Source: Promethearchaeota archaeon
Lineage (GTDB): Archaea; Asgardarchaeota; Lokiarchaeia; Sigyniarchaeales; SOKP01
Direction: 5' to 3'
DNA: 64,000 nt
Assembly (NCBI GenBank): GCA_019058295.1
Contig: JAHPZI010000030.1
Span: 96,001 to 160,000 of the forward strand
A program made the position numbers and the translations under genes. Shown here piece after piece: positions 49,490-60,110 of the stretch. The notes below the pieces were generated by a model, which did not search any database, was not told the DNA's origin, and saw nothing but the letters and a program-made list of their open reading frames with translations. Numbering within the stretch: the stretch's first letter is position 1; every line of letters begins with the position of its first letter.

Positions 49490-50149
49490 TTGAAAAGAAT
49501 TGTGCTTCTGGGAGCACCAGGAAGTGGTAAAGGAACCTTTTCTGCGCAAATAAAGAAGGTCTTGCCAGATATTATTCATGTTAGTACTGGAGATATATTT
49601 AGAGAAAACGTAAAGAATAACACTGAATTAGGAAAAAAAGCTAAATCATATATGGATCGTGGAGAGCTTGTTCCAGACAGTTTAGTTATCGATCTTGTTA
49701 TAGATAGATTAAATAAAAAAGATATTCTTGAAAATGGATTCATTTTGGACGGTTTTCCAAGAAATATTGAACAAAGTAATGCATTACAGGAGAACAGTAG
49801 CATTGACATTGTACTTTTACTAGAAGTCAGTAGAGACGTCATAACGAAAAGAATTTTAGGAAGGTTTGGTTGTAATAAATGTGGCGAGATATATAATAAA
49901 TATACCTTACCGCCTAAAATAGAAAAAGGGGAGGATCAATGGATTTGCGATAAATGTGGCGCCGAAATAAAATTTGAGCAAAGAAGCGACGATACTGAAG
50001 AAACATTGAAGAATCGTCTAGATGCCTACGAAAAAAATGCCAAACCGATAATTAAATATTATAAAAAGAAGAAATTATTGAAAAAGGTTGACGCCGAAAA
50101 TACTTTAGAATTGTCTGCTGCTGATATTAAAAAAATAATTGAAGTTTAG
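49490..50149 (+). CDS. adk: Adenylate kinase (bacterial type, Zn-LID)
   Basis: GAPGSGKGT, STGD.FR, LDGFPR, CxxC..CxxC, QRSDD. Confidence 0.95.
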   Translation: MKRIVLLGAPGSGKGTFSAQIKKVLPDIIHVSTGDIFRENVKNNTELGKKAKSYMDRGELVPDSLVIDLVIDRLNKKDILENGFILDGFPRNIEQSNALQENSSIDIVLLLEVSRDVITKRILGRFGCNKCGEIYNKYTLPPKIEKGEDQWICDKCGAEIKFEQRSDDTEETLKNRLDAYEKNAKPIIKYYKKKKLLKKVDAENTLELSAADIKKIIEV

Positions 50150-50171
50150 TATAAAATCAAATTGATATTAC

Positions 50172-50924
50172 ATGAAATTTAACATTTGCGTTGCAATTCC
50201 AATTAAATCAGGAAATGTAAAGGAGAATGAAGAAATAATTAAAAGAGTGTTAGAAACTAAGCCTGATCTAATTGAATTTAGATTTGATTACATTGATGAA
50301 ATTTCGGAATTAACACCTGATTTTATAAAGAGCTTACTAGATCTTGTAGGATCTAATATTTTATCCATTTTTACATTTAGGGATCCCTCTGAAGGAGGTC
50401 AATGCGATTTAAATAAAGAAGAGCGCATAAAAATAATAAAATTATTGATTGAAGCTCAGCCTGAATATCTTGATATTGAAATGAACACAGAAATAGAAAA
50501 TCTAAGAGAAATTATAAATTTCGCTAATGAAAATGTAAAGCTCATATTTTCTTATCATGATTTTGATAAAACCCCATCTTTGGAAGTGGCAACTAGTATA
50601 TTTGAAAAATTTAAAGATAAATTACTTAATAATCATTTAGTTGATTTTTTAAGTTTTAAAAAAATTACTTATAAATTGATATTTACTGCTAAAAAATTTG
50701 AAGATAACTTAATTCCAATAAAATTATGTAGAGATATATCTGCGAAAGAAAAAAATCAGGGCATTATTAGTTTTTGTATGGGAGAATTAGGCATTTTCTC
50801 AAGAATAACATGTGCAAAGCTTGGCTCACTCTTAACTTATGGTTCTTTAGAGGATAAAACTGCACCAGGACAAATAAATATTAAAAAAATTAGAGAAATA
50901 CATCAATTATTATTTAATAATTAA
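50172..50924 (+). CDS. aroD: 3-dehydroquinate dehydratase type I
   Basis: EFRFD, TFR...EGG, SYHDF..TP, MGELG..SR, APGQ. Confidence 0.95.
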   Translation: MKFNICVAIPIKSGNVKENEEIIKRVLETKPDLIEFRFDYIDEISELTPDFIKSLLDLVGSNILSIFTFRDPSEGGQCDLNKEERIKIIKLLIEAQPEYLDIEMNTEIENLREIINFANENVKLIFSYHDFDKTPSLEVATSIFEKFKDKLLNNHLVDFLSFKKITYKLIFTAKKFEDNLIPIKLCRDISAKEKNQGIISFCMGELGIFSRITCAKLGSLLTYGSLEDKTAPGQINIKKIREIHQLLFNN

Positions 50925-50933
50925 AAATTAGAA

Positions 50934-52463
50934 ATGACGCTAAAAAAGGAAAGATCAATTTCAGAAATTTCCATTATACCCGAACCAGTAAAGATTATTC
51001 CGGAAGATGGAGAATTTATTTTAACCAATAAGACAGTTATTCTAACGGATGCACAATTAAAAAAGAATGCTGAATTTTTAAAAAAAATACTAACTCAAGC
51101 GACGGGTTTTAATCTACCCATCAAAGAGATCCCTCCAAGAGATAAAGATTCCAATGTTATAATCCTTAAAGTTAATGATAATAACAAAAAATTAAAGCCA
51201 GAAGGATATTCTCTTCATATTTCTCCAACAGAGATTAATATATCTGCTATCACGCCCGCAGGAGTATTTTATGGCATCCAAACATTATTACAGATTCTTC
51301 CCCCTGAAATAGAAAGTTCCAATGCAACAAACTTAGTATGGGCTATTCTATGTGTTAAAATTGAGGATTATCCCCGTTTTCCTTGGAGAGGATTTATGCT
51401 GGACGAATCAAGACACTTTTTTGGCAAAGATGTAGTAAAAAAATTGCTTGATCAAATGGCGCGTCTAAAATTTAATAAGTTTCATTGGCATCTTACAGAT
51501 GATCAAGGCTGGCGCATTGAGATAAAAAAATATCCTCTTCTTACAGAGATAGGATCGAAAAGGAAAGGAACAATCACTCCTCAAAATCGATTAGATGGAA
51601 TTCCTGTTTCTGGTTTTTATTCACAAAATGACTTAAAAGAAATTATTGATTATGCTGCTGAACGATTTATTACAATTATTCCTGAAATAGATGTTCCCGG
51701 TCATACTACAGCATTTATCGCTTCATATCCAGAGTTAAGCTGTACAGGTGGACCCTTCGAGGTCAGCACTCATTTTGGTATTCATAGAGAGGTTTTATGT
51801 ATAGGAAAAGAAAAAACATTTCAAGTTGTCCAAGATATTTTTGATGAAATCATAGAGATCTTTCCTTCTGAGATAATTCATACTGGGGGAGATGAAACTC
51901 CTACAAGAAGATGGAAAAGATGTCCTGATTGTCAAACTCGATTGAATAAAGAAGGGCTTGAGAAATTAGGAGATTTACAAGTTTACTTCACAAATAGAAT
52001 TGCGGATTACTTATCTTCTCAAGGATGCAGATTAATGGGTTGGAATGAAATTCTAAATGAAAAGTTATCTAAAAATGCCGTTTGCCAATATTGGTTCGGT
52101 CAAATATTGGAAGTTATAGATCATATAAGAAACGGAAGGGACGTAATTATGTCAGAAATGACTGCTGTCTATTTAAATTATCCTTATAAAATAACTCCAT
52201 TAATTAAAACTTATCAATATGATCCTATTCCAAATGATTTAGAAGAAAAATATCATCAATATATCCTTGGAATTGAAGCTTGTTTATGGGCTGAATTTGT
52301 TAAAGATCGTAAGCGTTTGGAATGGCAAGTATTTCCGCGCCTAATTGCTGTAGCAGAAACAGGATGGACTCCTAAAAAGAAAAAGAATTTCAACTCATTT
52401 GAAAAACGTCTTGATTCTTATCTTAAAAGATTAGAAATAAGTGGAATTAATTACGGTCAGTAA
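50934..52463 (+). CDS. GH20 beta-N-acetylhexosaminidase
   Basis: D.PRF.WRG.MLD.SRHF, HWHLTDDQGWR, PEID.PGH, H.GGDE. Confidence 0.95.
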   Translation: MTLKKERSISEISIIPEPVKIIPEDGEFILTNKTVILTDAQLKKNAEFLKKILTQATGFNLPIKEIPPRDKDSNVIILKVNDNNKKLKPEGYSLHISPTEINISAITPAGVFYGIQTLLQILPPEIESSNATNLVWAILCVKIEDYPRFPWRGFMLDESRHFFGKDVVKKLLDQMARLKFNKFHWHLTDDQGWRIEIKKYPLLTEIGSKRKGTITPQNRLDGIPVSGFYSQNDLKEIIDYAAERFITIIPEIDVPGHTTAFIASYPELSCTGGPFEVSTHFGIHREVLCIGKEKTFQVVQDIFDEIIEIFPSEIIHTGGDETPTRRWKRCPDCQTRLNKEGLEKLGDLQVYFTNRIADYLSSQGCRLMGWNEILNEKLSKNAVCQYWFGQILEVIDHIRNGRDVIMSEMTAVYLNYPYKITPLIKTYQYDPIPNDLEEKYHQYILGIEACLWAEFVKDRKRLEWQVFPRLIAVAETGWTPKKKKNFNSFEKRLDSYLKRLEISGINYGQ

Positions 52464-53955
52464 TAGAAATTACATTAAAATTGTTGTTGGAATCAAAATG
52501 AACGGGAAAAGTTTGTCCAACGAGTTCTTGTTGCTCCAGATTTAACAATACCTCTGTGTTTGCTTCTATATATGCAAGAGTGCGACGAGAGTTCTCAAGA
52601 TGGCCGATTACAACACCTCGCCTCGGATATCCTTTTCTGTCGTAAATAAATGTATAACCCTCAATAGTAAGTTGACCATTTGCTTCTTCAACTGGTTCTG
52701 GTAAAATCTCTGCTAAAATTGATTGTTGTACCTTGGCCTCATCATTATCGCCCCATAATTTAACAGGTGGATCATTACCATAAATTCCAAATGATTGTTT
52801 ATTATTATATCCTCCATTGGCTACAACCATTATTTTTAATGAGGGATTTTTACGAATAAGATTAATAGTTGATACAATTGCATGCATCGTATAATTACTC
52901 CAGGGACCACCAAAAAAAGGATTTCCTCCCGTTACAGTTAGGTCTCGAGTATCATTTTCAGGAATGCCAATTTCTTTCATCATGATTTCTACAATGGAAG
53001 GAAAGCAACTATATAGGTCAAATTTATCAATATTTTCCAGCGTGAGACCAGCTTGTTCTAAGGCAAGTCGTGATCCTTCCCTAGATGCTGGAGAATCGTG
53101 AATTCGTGGACGTCGTGTAATATCGTGGATGTTTTTAAGATCGGCACAACCCATTAGATAAATCCAACGTTTTTTATCAATTTTGAATTTTTCAGCAATC
53201 TTCTCATTCGTCATTATTAGAGTGGCAGCTTGATCGACGAACATATTTGAACACATGCGTTTAGTGTAAGGATAATTTATAATACGATTTTCAGGAGTAG
53301 CAGTGGCTATTTCTTCAGCACTATAAGCTTTTTTAGTCCAAGAATTTGGATTTTTGGATGCAATTTTAGCAAATCTTTCAAAAAGTTCTCCTATATACCG
53401 TTTATGCTCTTCCAGACTTCTACCAGACGCAGCGCGTATAGCTGTCTCAAAAATGGCATAACTACAAGAAGGGAATATCAGTTTGTAGTGATTCTCAAAA
53501 TGATTTATACCATTCCAACGTTCTCCTTCCATGTATTTAGGATTTTTGCGTTTAGGCCAATTTCTAGGTGTTAAACTGGTTCGTGAAGCTGTATAGTGAG
53601 CTTCACCACCTGTAATAAGAATTGCTTGGCTTTTTCCAGAGTATATGGCCTTAGCAGCCCGATTTACCATCATCTGAGGTGTATTACCACCATCTGGCAA
53701 ATAAACTTTTTGGACAGGCTTTATTCCGAGTATTTTGCTAAGTTCACCTGGAGCATCCTCATAAGACCAGCTAAAGACATTAATCATGTAGATTGTATCT
53801 ATTAATTCCTTTATACCATCTGTTCCAACATCTTTAAGAGCCATTTGGCCAGTTTTGACCATTAAATTAAGAGGATCAACTGCTTGAGTAGTTTCTTTAG
53901 GTTGTGTATACTGAGCTACTCCTACAATTATAGGATTATTTTCTTTACTCACCAT
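52447..53955 (-). CDS. Acetyl-CoA acetyltransferase/thiolase-like protein (start MVSKENN)
   Basis: P.IVGV.Q, GGNTPQ, YPYTK.M, DLYSCFPS.V, TGG.PFFGGP..NY. Confidence 0.85.
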   Translation of the reverse strand: MVSKENNPIIVGVAQYTQPKETTQAVDPLNLMVKTGQMALKDVGTDGIKELIDTIYMINVFSWSYEDAPGELSKILGIKPVQKVYLPDGGNTPQMMVNRAAKAIYSGKSQAILITGGEAHYTASRTSLTPRNWPKRKNPKYMEGERWNGINHFENHYKLIFPSCSYAIFETAIRAASGRSLEEHKRYIGELFERFAKIASKNPNSWTKKAYSAEEIATATPENRIINYPYTKRMCSNMFVDQAATLIMTNEKIAEKFKIDKKRWIYLMGCADLKNIHDITRRPRIHDSPASREGSRLALEQAGLTLENIDKFDLYSCFPSIVEIMMKEIGIPENDTRDLTVTGGNPFFGGPWSNYTMHAIVSTINLIRKNPSLKIMVVANGGYNNKQSFGIYGNDPPVKLWGDNDEAKVQQSILAEILPEPVEEANGQLTIEGYTFIYDRKGYPRRGVVIGHLENSRRTLAYIEANTEVLLNLEQQELVGQTFPVHFDSNNNFNVISITDRN

Positions 53956-54875
53956 TATCAAATTAAAATATAGAAAAAAATATATCAATTATGATTTGAT
54001 AAAAAATTATTAAGTGCTTTCTATTGAAAGCCTAAAAAGATCAAAATAACCCCTACACACTTTATAATGTGAGAAATTGCATGAATTTGTATTCGGTCTA
54101 AGCCAGTCATATTTACAATCACAATTAGAATATATTCATTTAGCATTAATGATCCAACAAATAATATTATAAAACCGAATAATGCTAATAGAGCTCTTTT
54201 TCTTATTATTCCATCACTTTTGATTGCGATATAAATATATGCTATAGGAATATAAAGCACCATAATTGTTGGCAGGAACAAAAAGAAAGTGGCAAGTAAA
54301 AGATCTGTTGCGATCATTCCAAGAGATACAAATGTAATATAAATAAAAAACAATAGATATTTATCACGACCATGTAGTATTCTTTTTTCTAATAAACCTA
54401 TTAATAAACCAAGAGTAACTAATTGAAATCCATTTCCTATTTTCCACATGATAAGATTTTCTGAAGTCATGTTTTCAGATACGTTAAATTCAGTTGCAAA
54501 GTCAAAAATAGTATAAAATATTCGCCCAATACACAAGAAAAAAAAACATAACCCATATATTAAAAATATATAATATTTTTCTCTTGTAGATTCATGTTCT
54601 TTATTCATAACATAAAATTTTCTAATGAAAAATAAACCAAATATTATATAACAACCTAAGAGTACTCCTAATGCAATAAAATAAAAAATTAAAATTGTGG
54701 TATCAATTTCCATTTTTTCATCCCATCTAACTTATAATTTACAAAATTTTCTTAATTATAATTATTATATAATACAATTATAGGATTAAATTCTTTAATT
54801 ACCATTATCAAATTAAAATATGGAAAAAAATATATCAATTACGATTTGATGAAAATTTATTAAGTGCTTTTTATT
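53923..54875. repeat. About 100-bp direct repeat (53923-54025 and 54773-54875) flanking one gene
   Basis: tacaattataggatta..ttcttta..accattatcaaattaaaata..gaaaaaaatatatcaatta.gatttgat..ttattaagtgcttt.tatt occurs twice, 850 bp apart. Confidence 0.9.
54021..54713 (-). CDS. Seven-TM membrane protein
   Basis: About seven hydrophobic helices. Confidence 0.75.
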   Translation of the reverse strand: MEIDTTILIFYFIALGVLLGCYIIFGLFFIRKFYVMNKEHESTREKYYIFLIYGLCFFFLCIGRIFYTIFDFATEFNVSENMTSENLIMWKIGNGFQLVTLGLLIGLLEKRILHGRDKYLLFFIYITFVSLGMIATDLLLATFFLFLPTIMVLYIPIAYIYIAIKSDGIIRKRALLALFGFIILFVGSLMLNEYILIVIVNMTGLDRIQIHAISHIIKCVGVILIFLGFQ

Positions 54876-54992
54876 ACTTAGAAAAGTAGAAACTTCTGAA
54901 GATTATTATATCTTTATAAGAATTTAAAAAAAAAAATTAGTATTTATTATTCTTTCCCTCCGCTGAAGTGTCGCAACCAAATGTGAGATTGG

Positions 54993-55160
54993 TTACCGAT
55001 CGAACACAAAACCACAATCTCCACATTTAACTTGCTTCGCATAAACAGGTGTTCCTTGCATAGAATAATATAATACTTTAGTTTTATCAGGGGTTTCATG
55101 AAGTTTACGTGGATTCTCATTTCCACAATTAGAACATTTAACTCGCTTATAATCAGACAT
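54993..55160 (-). CDS. Small zinc-finger protein (55 aa), absent from ORF track
   Basis: MSDYKRVKCSNCGNENPRKLHETPDKTKVLYYSMQGTPVYAKQVKCGDCGFVFDR. Confidence 0.8.
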   Translation of the reverse strand: MSDYKRVKCSNCGNENPRKLHETPDKTKVLYYSMQGTPVYAKQVKCGDCGFVFDR

Positions 55161-55218
55161 AATAAAATATATTCTTTTGTTTATAATTAAACAATGGATG
55201 AGTTTTATAAATTTAAAT

Positions 55219-55749
55219 TTAGGTTTTTAAGTTTGTTTTCGAGATGATTTCGATAACAATATCTTCAATTTTTTTTCCTGTTGTCTCAATAATTATCTCT
55301 GCTGCGGCTTCATAAAAAGGTTTTCTAAAGTCTAAAACTTTTTTAATCTCAGCTTCTGGATCTTCTTTATCAATGACAGGTCTAGTCTCTTGACCATCTT
55401 TCATGGCTCTTTTGTAAATTTCCTCTGCTGAGGCGTTTAATAAAACAATATGACAATTTTCTTTTAAATTATCAATGTTAATTTTATTTAAAACGACACC
55501 ACCTCCACATGAAATTATAACATTACTAAATTTTGCAGCTTTCTTACAAGCAGCAATTTCATACTCCCTAAATCTAATTTCTCCATCTTCAGTAAAAATT
55601 TCAGGAATCGTTTTCCCAGCGTCTTCAATAATAATTTGATCAGTTTCTATAAATCTATAATTGTCTCCGAGAGCATCAGCTAATGCATTTCCTACCACAG
55701 TTTTTCCAGTTGCCATGAAACCAATAAGCGCAATAGAATCCTTAGTCAT
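55219..55749 (-). CDS. aroK: Shikimate kinase (bacterial type)
   Basis: GFMATGKT.VG, IF..DGE..FR..E, GGG.V, RP, R.P.Y. Confidence 0.95.
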   Translation of the reverse strand: MTKDSIALIGFMATGKTVVGNALADALGDNYRFIETDQIIIEDAGKTIPEIFTEDGEIRFREYEIAACKKAAKFSNVIISCGGGVVLNKINIDNLKENCHIVLLNASAEEIYKRAMKDGQETRPVIDKEDPEAEIKKVLDFRKPFYEAAAEIIIETTGKKIEDIVIEIISKTNLKT

Positions 55750-55805
55750 TTTTTCTCTTAAAATTTTAAAATTTTACTTATTTCAATAATTATATAATAT
55801 TTATT

Positions 55806-57851
55806 TTAAATATTTTTTAGTTCGCTGAATAGTTGTGAAAATTCTGATATTGCTCTATAAAATACAGGAGGTTCTCCAATTGGTGTAGATATATCTAGCC
55901 ATCCTCCTTTGTAACTTCTACCTGACCAGAGATGGACCCAATTATCTTCTGGAAGATAAACTTTCCAGGTGGTTTTATCTTTTGAATATACTGGAGCAAT
56001 AAGGAGATCTCTTCCATAAAGATATTGATATTTAATACGATGGAGGATTGGCTCATCTTCATAATGAATATAAGGATGTCGCATTGAAGGCAACCCAGTA
56101 GTTCGATACTCGTCTAATATATGACGGGTATAAGGTACAAGATGTGAATGAATACGTGTAAATTTTGCTAAATGTGCTAGGGTCTCCTCATCGGAATCAA
56201 ATTTCCAGTCTATACGCCCTTCATATTCATGTCCTTCATGAGATCGCATAACACATGTGAAAGCTGCATGTTCAGTCCATCTCATAAATAGCTCTTTTGT
56301 GCGTTTAAATGCAGAAAAAGTAAATAAACCTCCGATATCAGAGTGAAAATGACCAATTCCGCAAAAACCTATTGATAATCCGGCACAAATGACGGATGCC
56401 AATCCATTATTAATAGAAAAACTTGCGAGTTGATCACCCCCCCATATTAATGGTGAATATTTCGAAGTTCCAATACCTCCAGAACGATTGAAGAAAATAA
56501 TCTCATCCTTTCCTTCTTGTGATTCATATTCTTTTGTGGCTTCATAGTTTACTTTTGCCCAAAGGACGGGATATTTATTATGATGAATACGCGGGGCCTC
56601 TCCTGAATATAAAGCACAATCCATAGGAATATATTCAGCATAATCACACATCCAACCGCTCAATCCTATCTTAAGCATATTTTCATTAATAATTTCTTTT
56701 ATCCATTCCCATGCTTCTGGATTTGAGAGATCAATCATACCTACAGAAAATGTCAGCATTAAAATATCGTAAACATTTCCGTCTTTCTTCTTTATTAGAT
56801 AACCTTTTTCTTCTGCTTCCTTATATTGATCGCCGTGCTTCATTAGAAAACAATTGTTATATCCTAAGAATTTTATTCCCTTTGCATTTAATTGTTTAAT
56901 AAAATCTGGAAGGTTGGGGTATCTTTGATTATCATATTGCCAGTCCCAGAATAAACGGGTTTCAAATCGCGAGATTTTATAGAGTCCTGTCCAATCTTGC
57001 GACCATATTGCAGAGACCTTTATATTCGCATCAAGTGCTCGTTTTAATTTCTGAGGAATACTCCATTGACTATTCTCATCAAGACCTCCTCCTACTCCTA
57101 ACCATAAACCATTAATAGACCAATCAGGAAGGTTGGGTTGTCGTCCTAAATAATTTGAGAGCGATTGGATCACCTCTACAGCTGTAGGTCTAACATCAAT
57201 GATAATTCGATTTGGTATTTCCCAAAAATGAAGCCTATGGAAGTTTCTACTACAAAAATTAAATCTTGCATATGCATAGCTCTCCACATGTATGAAATAA
57301 TTTCGTGAAGAAACAAAAGTAGGTTGCGGATAATATGTCGTATGCCAGGCGCCTGAACCACCCTCTAAATATAATTCTGCCAATTTTGAGAATCTAGAAT
57401 GATCTCGTCCAAAACCAGGTTCCCGACTCCAAAGAGGCACGTTTCGGCGACGCATATTTAACACAGAGAATTGTTCACCAAGCCCATAAATCGATTCATC
57501 TTTAATTGCGGGAATATGGATTGTGAAACGATTGTAATTTTGATTATTCTTCAGTAAAGATATATCAACTTCAAGACGATCAGATATTATATTTAACTGG
57601 AGTTTGAGTAAGTCGTCGAATTCGACTATTATCCTAATTTCACTAATTTCTACAAATTTAAATTCTTTAAGCCCCTGCATTTGCAGGTTATTATCTTTAG
57701 GTCTGTAAATTCCACAATGTTTATCATTCATGCGATAATTTTCTTGACCAGTACCAATTTCTATACAAGGATTTTTATTAGAATGTCTTAAAAATTCAAA
57801 TTCTTTGAAGAATATTTTAAATTGGTTTTGATCCCGTTCAAGTCTTAACAT
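55806..57851 (-). CDS. GH31 alpha-glucosidase, YihQ/sulfoquinovosidase-like
   Basis: TYYPQPTFVS, W.QDW.G, RLFW.W, WMCDYAEY, HSDIGG, RSHEG. Confidence 0.85.
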   Translation of the reverse strand: MLRLERDQNQFKIFFKEFEFLRHSNKNPCIEIGTGQENYRMNDKHCGIYRPKDNNLQMQGLKEFKFVEISEIRIIVEFDDLLKLQLNIISDRLEVDISLLKNNQNYNRFTIHIPAIKDESIYGLGEQFSVLNMRRRNVPLWSREPGFGRDHSRFSKLAELYLEGGSGAWHTTYYPQPTFVSSRNYFIHVESYAYARFNFCSRNFHRLHFWEIPNRIIIDVRPTAVEVIQSLSNYLGRQPNLPDWSINGLWLGVGGGLDENSQWSIPQKLKRALDANIKVSAIWSQDWTGLYKISRFETRLFWDWQYDNQRYPNLPDFIKQLNAKGIKFLGYNNCFLMKHGDQYKEAEEKGYLIKKKDGNVYDILMLTFSVGMIDLSNPEAWEWIKEIINENMLKIGLSGWMCDYAEYIPMDCALYSGEAPRIHHNKYPVLWAKVNYEATKEYESQEGKDEIIFFNRSGGIGTSKYSPLIWGGDQLASFSINNGLASVICAGLSIGFCGIGHFHSDIGGLFTFSAFKRTKELFMRWTEHAAFTCVMRSHEGHEYEGRIDWKFDSDEETLAHLAKFTRIHSHLVPYTRHILDEYRTTGLPSMRHPYIHYEDEPILHRIKYQYLYGRDLLIAPVYSKDKTTWKVYLPEDNWVHLWSGRSYKGGWLDISTPIGEPPVFYRAISEFSQLFSELKNI

Positions 57852-58017
57852 ATTTTTACGCTCCTAAAACATGTATAAGAAATAATATTTTAAGACAATT
57901 AATATATTCTAAAATTAATGTTAGAATTAAAAATAAAATATTAGTTTAAAAACACTTAATTTGAATCTTAAATTCTAAATTTAACAATATAATTAATAAT
58001 AAGAGTCTGAAAAAATT

Positions 58018-58875
58018 TTGAAACTCTCCGGACATACAAAAACTTTTTGTCTCATTGGACATCCCGTTGAGCATTCAATGTCTCCTACAATGTGGAATCC
58101 TGCATTACAAGAATTAGACCTTGATTATATGTATGTTGCATTTAACGTACATCCAGATGATTTAGAAAAGGCTATAAACGGTATAAGGGCTCTTGGGATA
58201 AAGGGAGTGAATGTTACAATACCTCATAAGGAAACAATTATAAAATATATAGATGAAATTGATCCAATTGCTCGCAAAATGGGTGCCATTAATACGATTA
58301 AGAATGACAATGGATTATTAAAAGGCAGAAATACTGACGGTGATGGCGCCAGGAAATCTCTTATAGATGCTGGTTGCGAAATATTAGGTAAAAAAATATT
58401 AATACTAGGCTCAGGAGGAGTAGCAAGAGCTATATGTTATATTTTATCTAAAGAAGCTGAAAAAATTATCCTAACTGATATTATTGAGGAAAGAGCTATA
58501 AATTTAGCTAAGGAAGTAAAAGATAAGATGAAGGCTGAAGTTATAGGGAAACTAAGCAGTGAAACCAATATTAAAGAAGATATTAAAGATACGGATATTT
58601 TAATTAACGCAACACCTTTAGGTATGTACCCTAAGGTTAACGCAACTCCAATATCCAAGGAATTGCTACAAAGTAATTTATTTGTTTTTGATGTGATATA
58701 TAATCCTTTAGAAACAAAGTTAATGAAAGAAGCTGCAGAAATTGGATGTAAAACCCTTGGTGGCTTAGATATGCTGATTAATCAAGGAGTTATAGCTTTT
58801 GAATGGTGGACTGGAAAATCACCAAATAGTGCCCTTATGAAAAACAAAATAATCGATTTTTTAGGAATTAAATAA
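58018..58875 (+). CDS. aroE: Shikimate dehydrogenase
   Basis: G.P..HS.SP, G.NVTIPHK, GA.NT, NTD, G.GG.ARA, NATPLGM, Y.P..T. Confidence 0.96.
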   Translation: MKLSGHTKTFCLIGHPVEHSMSPTMWNPALQELDLDYMYVAFNVHPDDLEKAINGIRALGIKGVNVTIPHKETIIKYIDEIDPIARKMGAINTIKNDNGLLKGRNTDGDGARKSLIDAGCEILGKKILILGSGGVARAICYILSKEAEKIILTDIIEERAINLAKEVKDKMKAEVIGKLSSETNIKEDIKDTDILINATPLGMYPKVNATPISKELLQSNLFVFDVIYNPLETKLMKEAAEIGCKTLGGLDMLINQGVIAFEWWTGKSPNSALMKNKIIDFLGIK

Positions 58876-60110
58876 TGTTAGGGAAGAAGAAAAAACCTAT
58901 TGTATCAGTAGCATGCAATGAAAATATTACCTTAGCGGTTAAAACATGTTTAGATCAAATTAAAATTCCTGATTTAACAGAAAAAACAGTCTTATTAAAA
59001 CCAAATGTTGGCAGAGAAGAGGATCCTTATTTAGGAATAAATACAAATCCTGAAGTTGTAATTGCTATTTTTAATTACTTAAAAAAAAAATTTAAGGCAC
59101 GATTTTTAATTGGTGACTCTCCTATAATAAATACTGATACAAGAAAGGCATTTGAGCAATCCGGCTATAATAATCTATTGAACGATGACGATATTCAATT
59201 TATCGATTTAGATGATAAACCTCCCATCGAATTAGATATACCAAATGGAAAAATTCTAAAGAAAATCAAGGTTACCGGTTACTGGAATGATATTGATTCT
59301 ATAATATCAATTCCCGTCTTAAAAATGCATATGCACTGTGGTGCTTCTCTAAGTTTTAAAAATTTAAAAGGGTTAATCTATAAAAGAAAAAAAGTTACTT
59401 TACATCATCTTCAAGCTCCCGAAGTAATAAGCCAATTGAAAGATTCGATAAGGAAAATTAAAGAATTAGATGTTGCAATCGCAGATCTTGCTCATATATT
59501 TCATCCTCACTTGATAGTAATAGACGCATCATATGCTCAAGAGGGGATGGGACCTTCTTCGGGAAATCCTGTGAAATTAGACACAATAATAGCATCTACA
59601 GATTACCTTGCAGCAGATATCATTGCCCTTGCATTAACTCAACCAGAATGGTCTTTAGAAAATGTCCCTCATTTGAAACTCATATCAGATATGATACCAA
59701 ATGCTCCAAAAAATTGTGAAGATATCTTAATAATTCCCGAAAATATTCAAGAATTTGTAAGACCTTTAGAACCCCCTCCAACTTCAATAAGCATTAAATA
59801 TAAAAATGTGAATTTAATTGACATTGATTCCTGCTCTGCATGTCTTTCCACAATATTTAATTTATTGAAAAATAATAAGGATTTTATTGATAATCATTTC
59901 ACTGCCGAAAATCCACTCAATTTAGCTATAGGTAAAGGAATAAAAAATTCCGATCTCTATGAAGATACATTTTTAATTGGAAATTGTACTTATGAACAAC
60001 GAGAAAATGGTACTTTTATTAAAGGATGTACACCCGTTGAGTCAACTATTTTAGAAATAATAAAGAACAACTTAAAAAAAATAAGAAAGAAGATTAAAAA
60101 AGAAAATTAA
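58875..60110 (+). CDS. DUF362 Fe-S protein
   Basis: VLLKPN, K.H......S.KNL.G, EG.GP..G, CSAC, G.C, GC.P. Confidence 0.88.
   Translation: MLGKKKKPIVSVACNENITLAVKTCLDQIKIPDLTEKTVLLKPNVGREEDPYLGINTNPEVVIAIFNYLKKKFKARFLIGDSPIINTDTRKAFEQSGYNNLLNDDDIQFIDLDDKPPIELDIPNGKILKKIKVTGYWNDIDSIISIPVLKMHMHCGASLSFKNLKGLIYKRKKVTLHHLQAPEVISQLKDSIRKIKELDVAIADLAHIFHPHLIVIDASYAQEGMGPSSGNPVKLDTIIASTDYLAADIIALALTQPEWSLENVPHLKLISDMIPNAPKNCEDILIIPENIQEFVRPLEPPPTSISIKYKNVNLIDIDSCSACLSTIFNLLKNNKDFIDNHFTAENPLNLAIGKGIKNSDLYEDTFLIGNCTYEQRENGTFIKGCTPVESTILEIIKNNLKKIRKKIKKEN

Noticed and set aside
54965-55005. Possible second mRNA BHB intron at the Zn-finger stop codon
   Set aside because: No 4-bp central helix with two 3-nt bulges can be drawn, and the protein already ends normally after its CxxC
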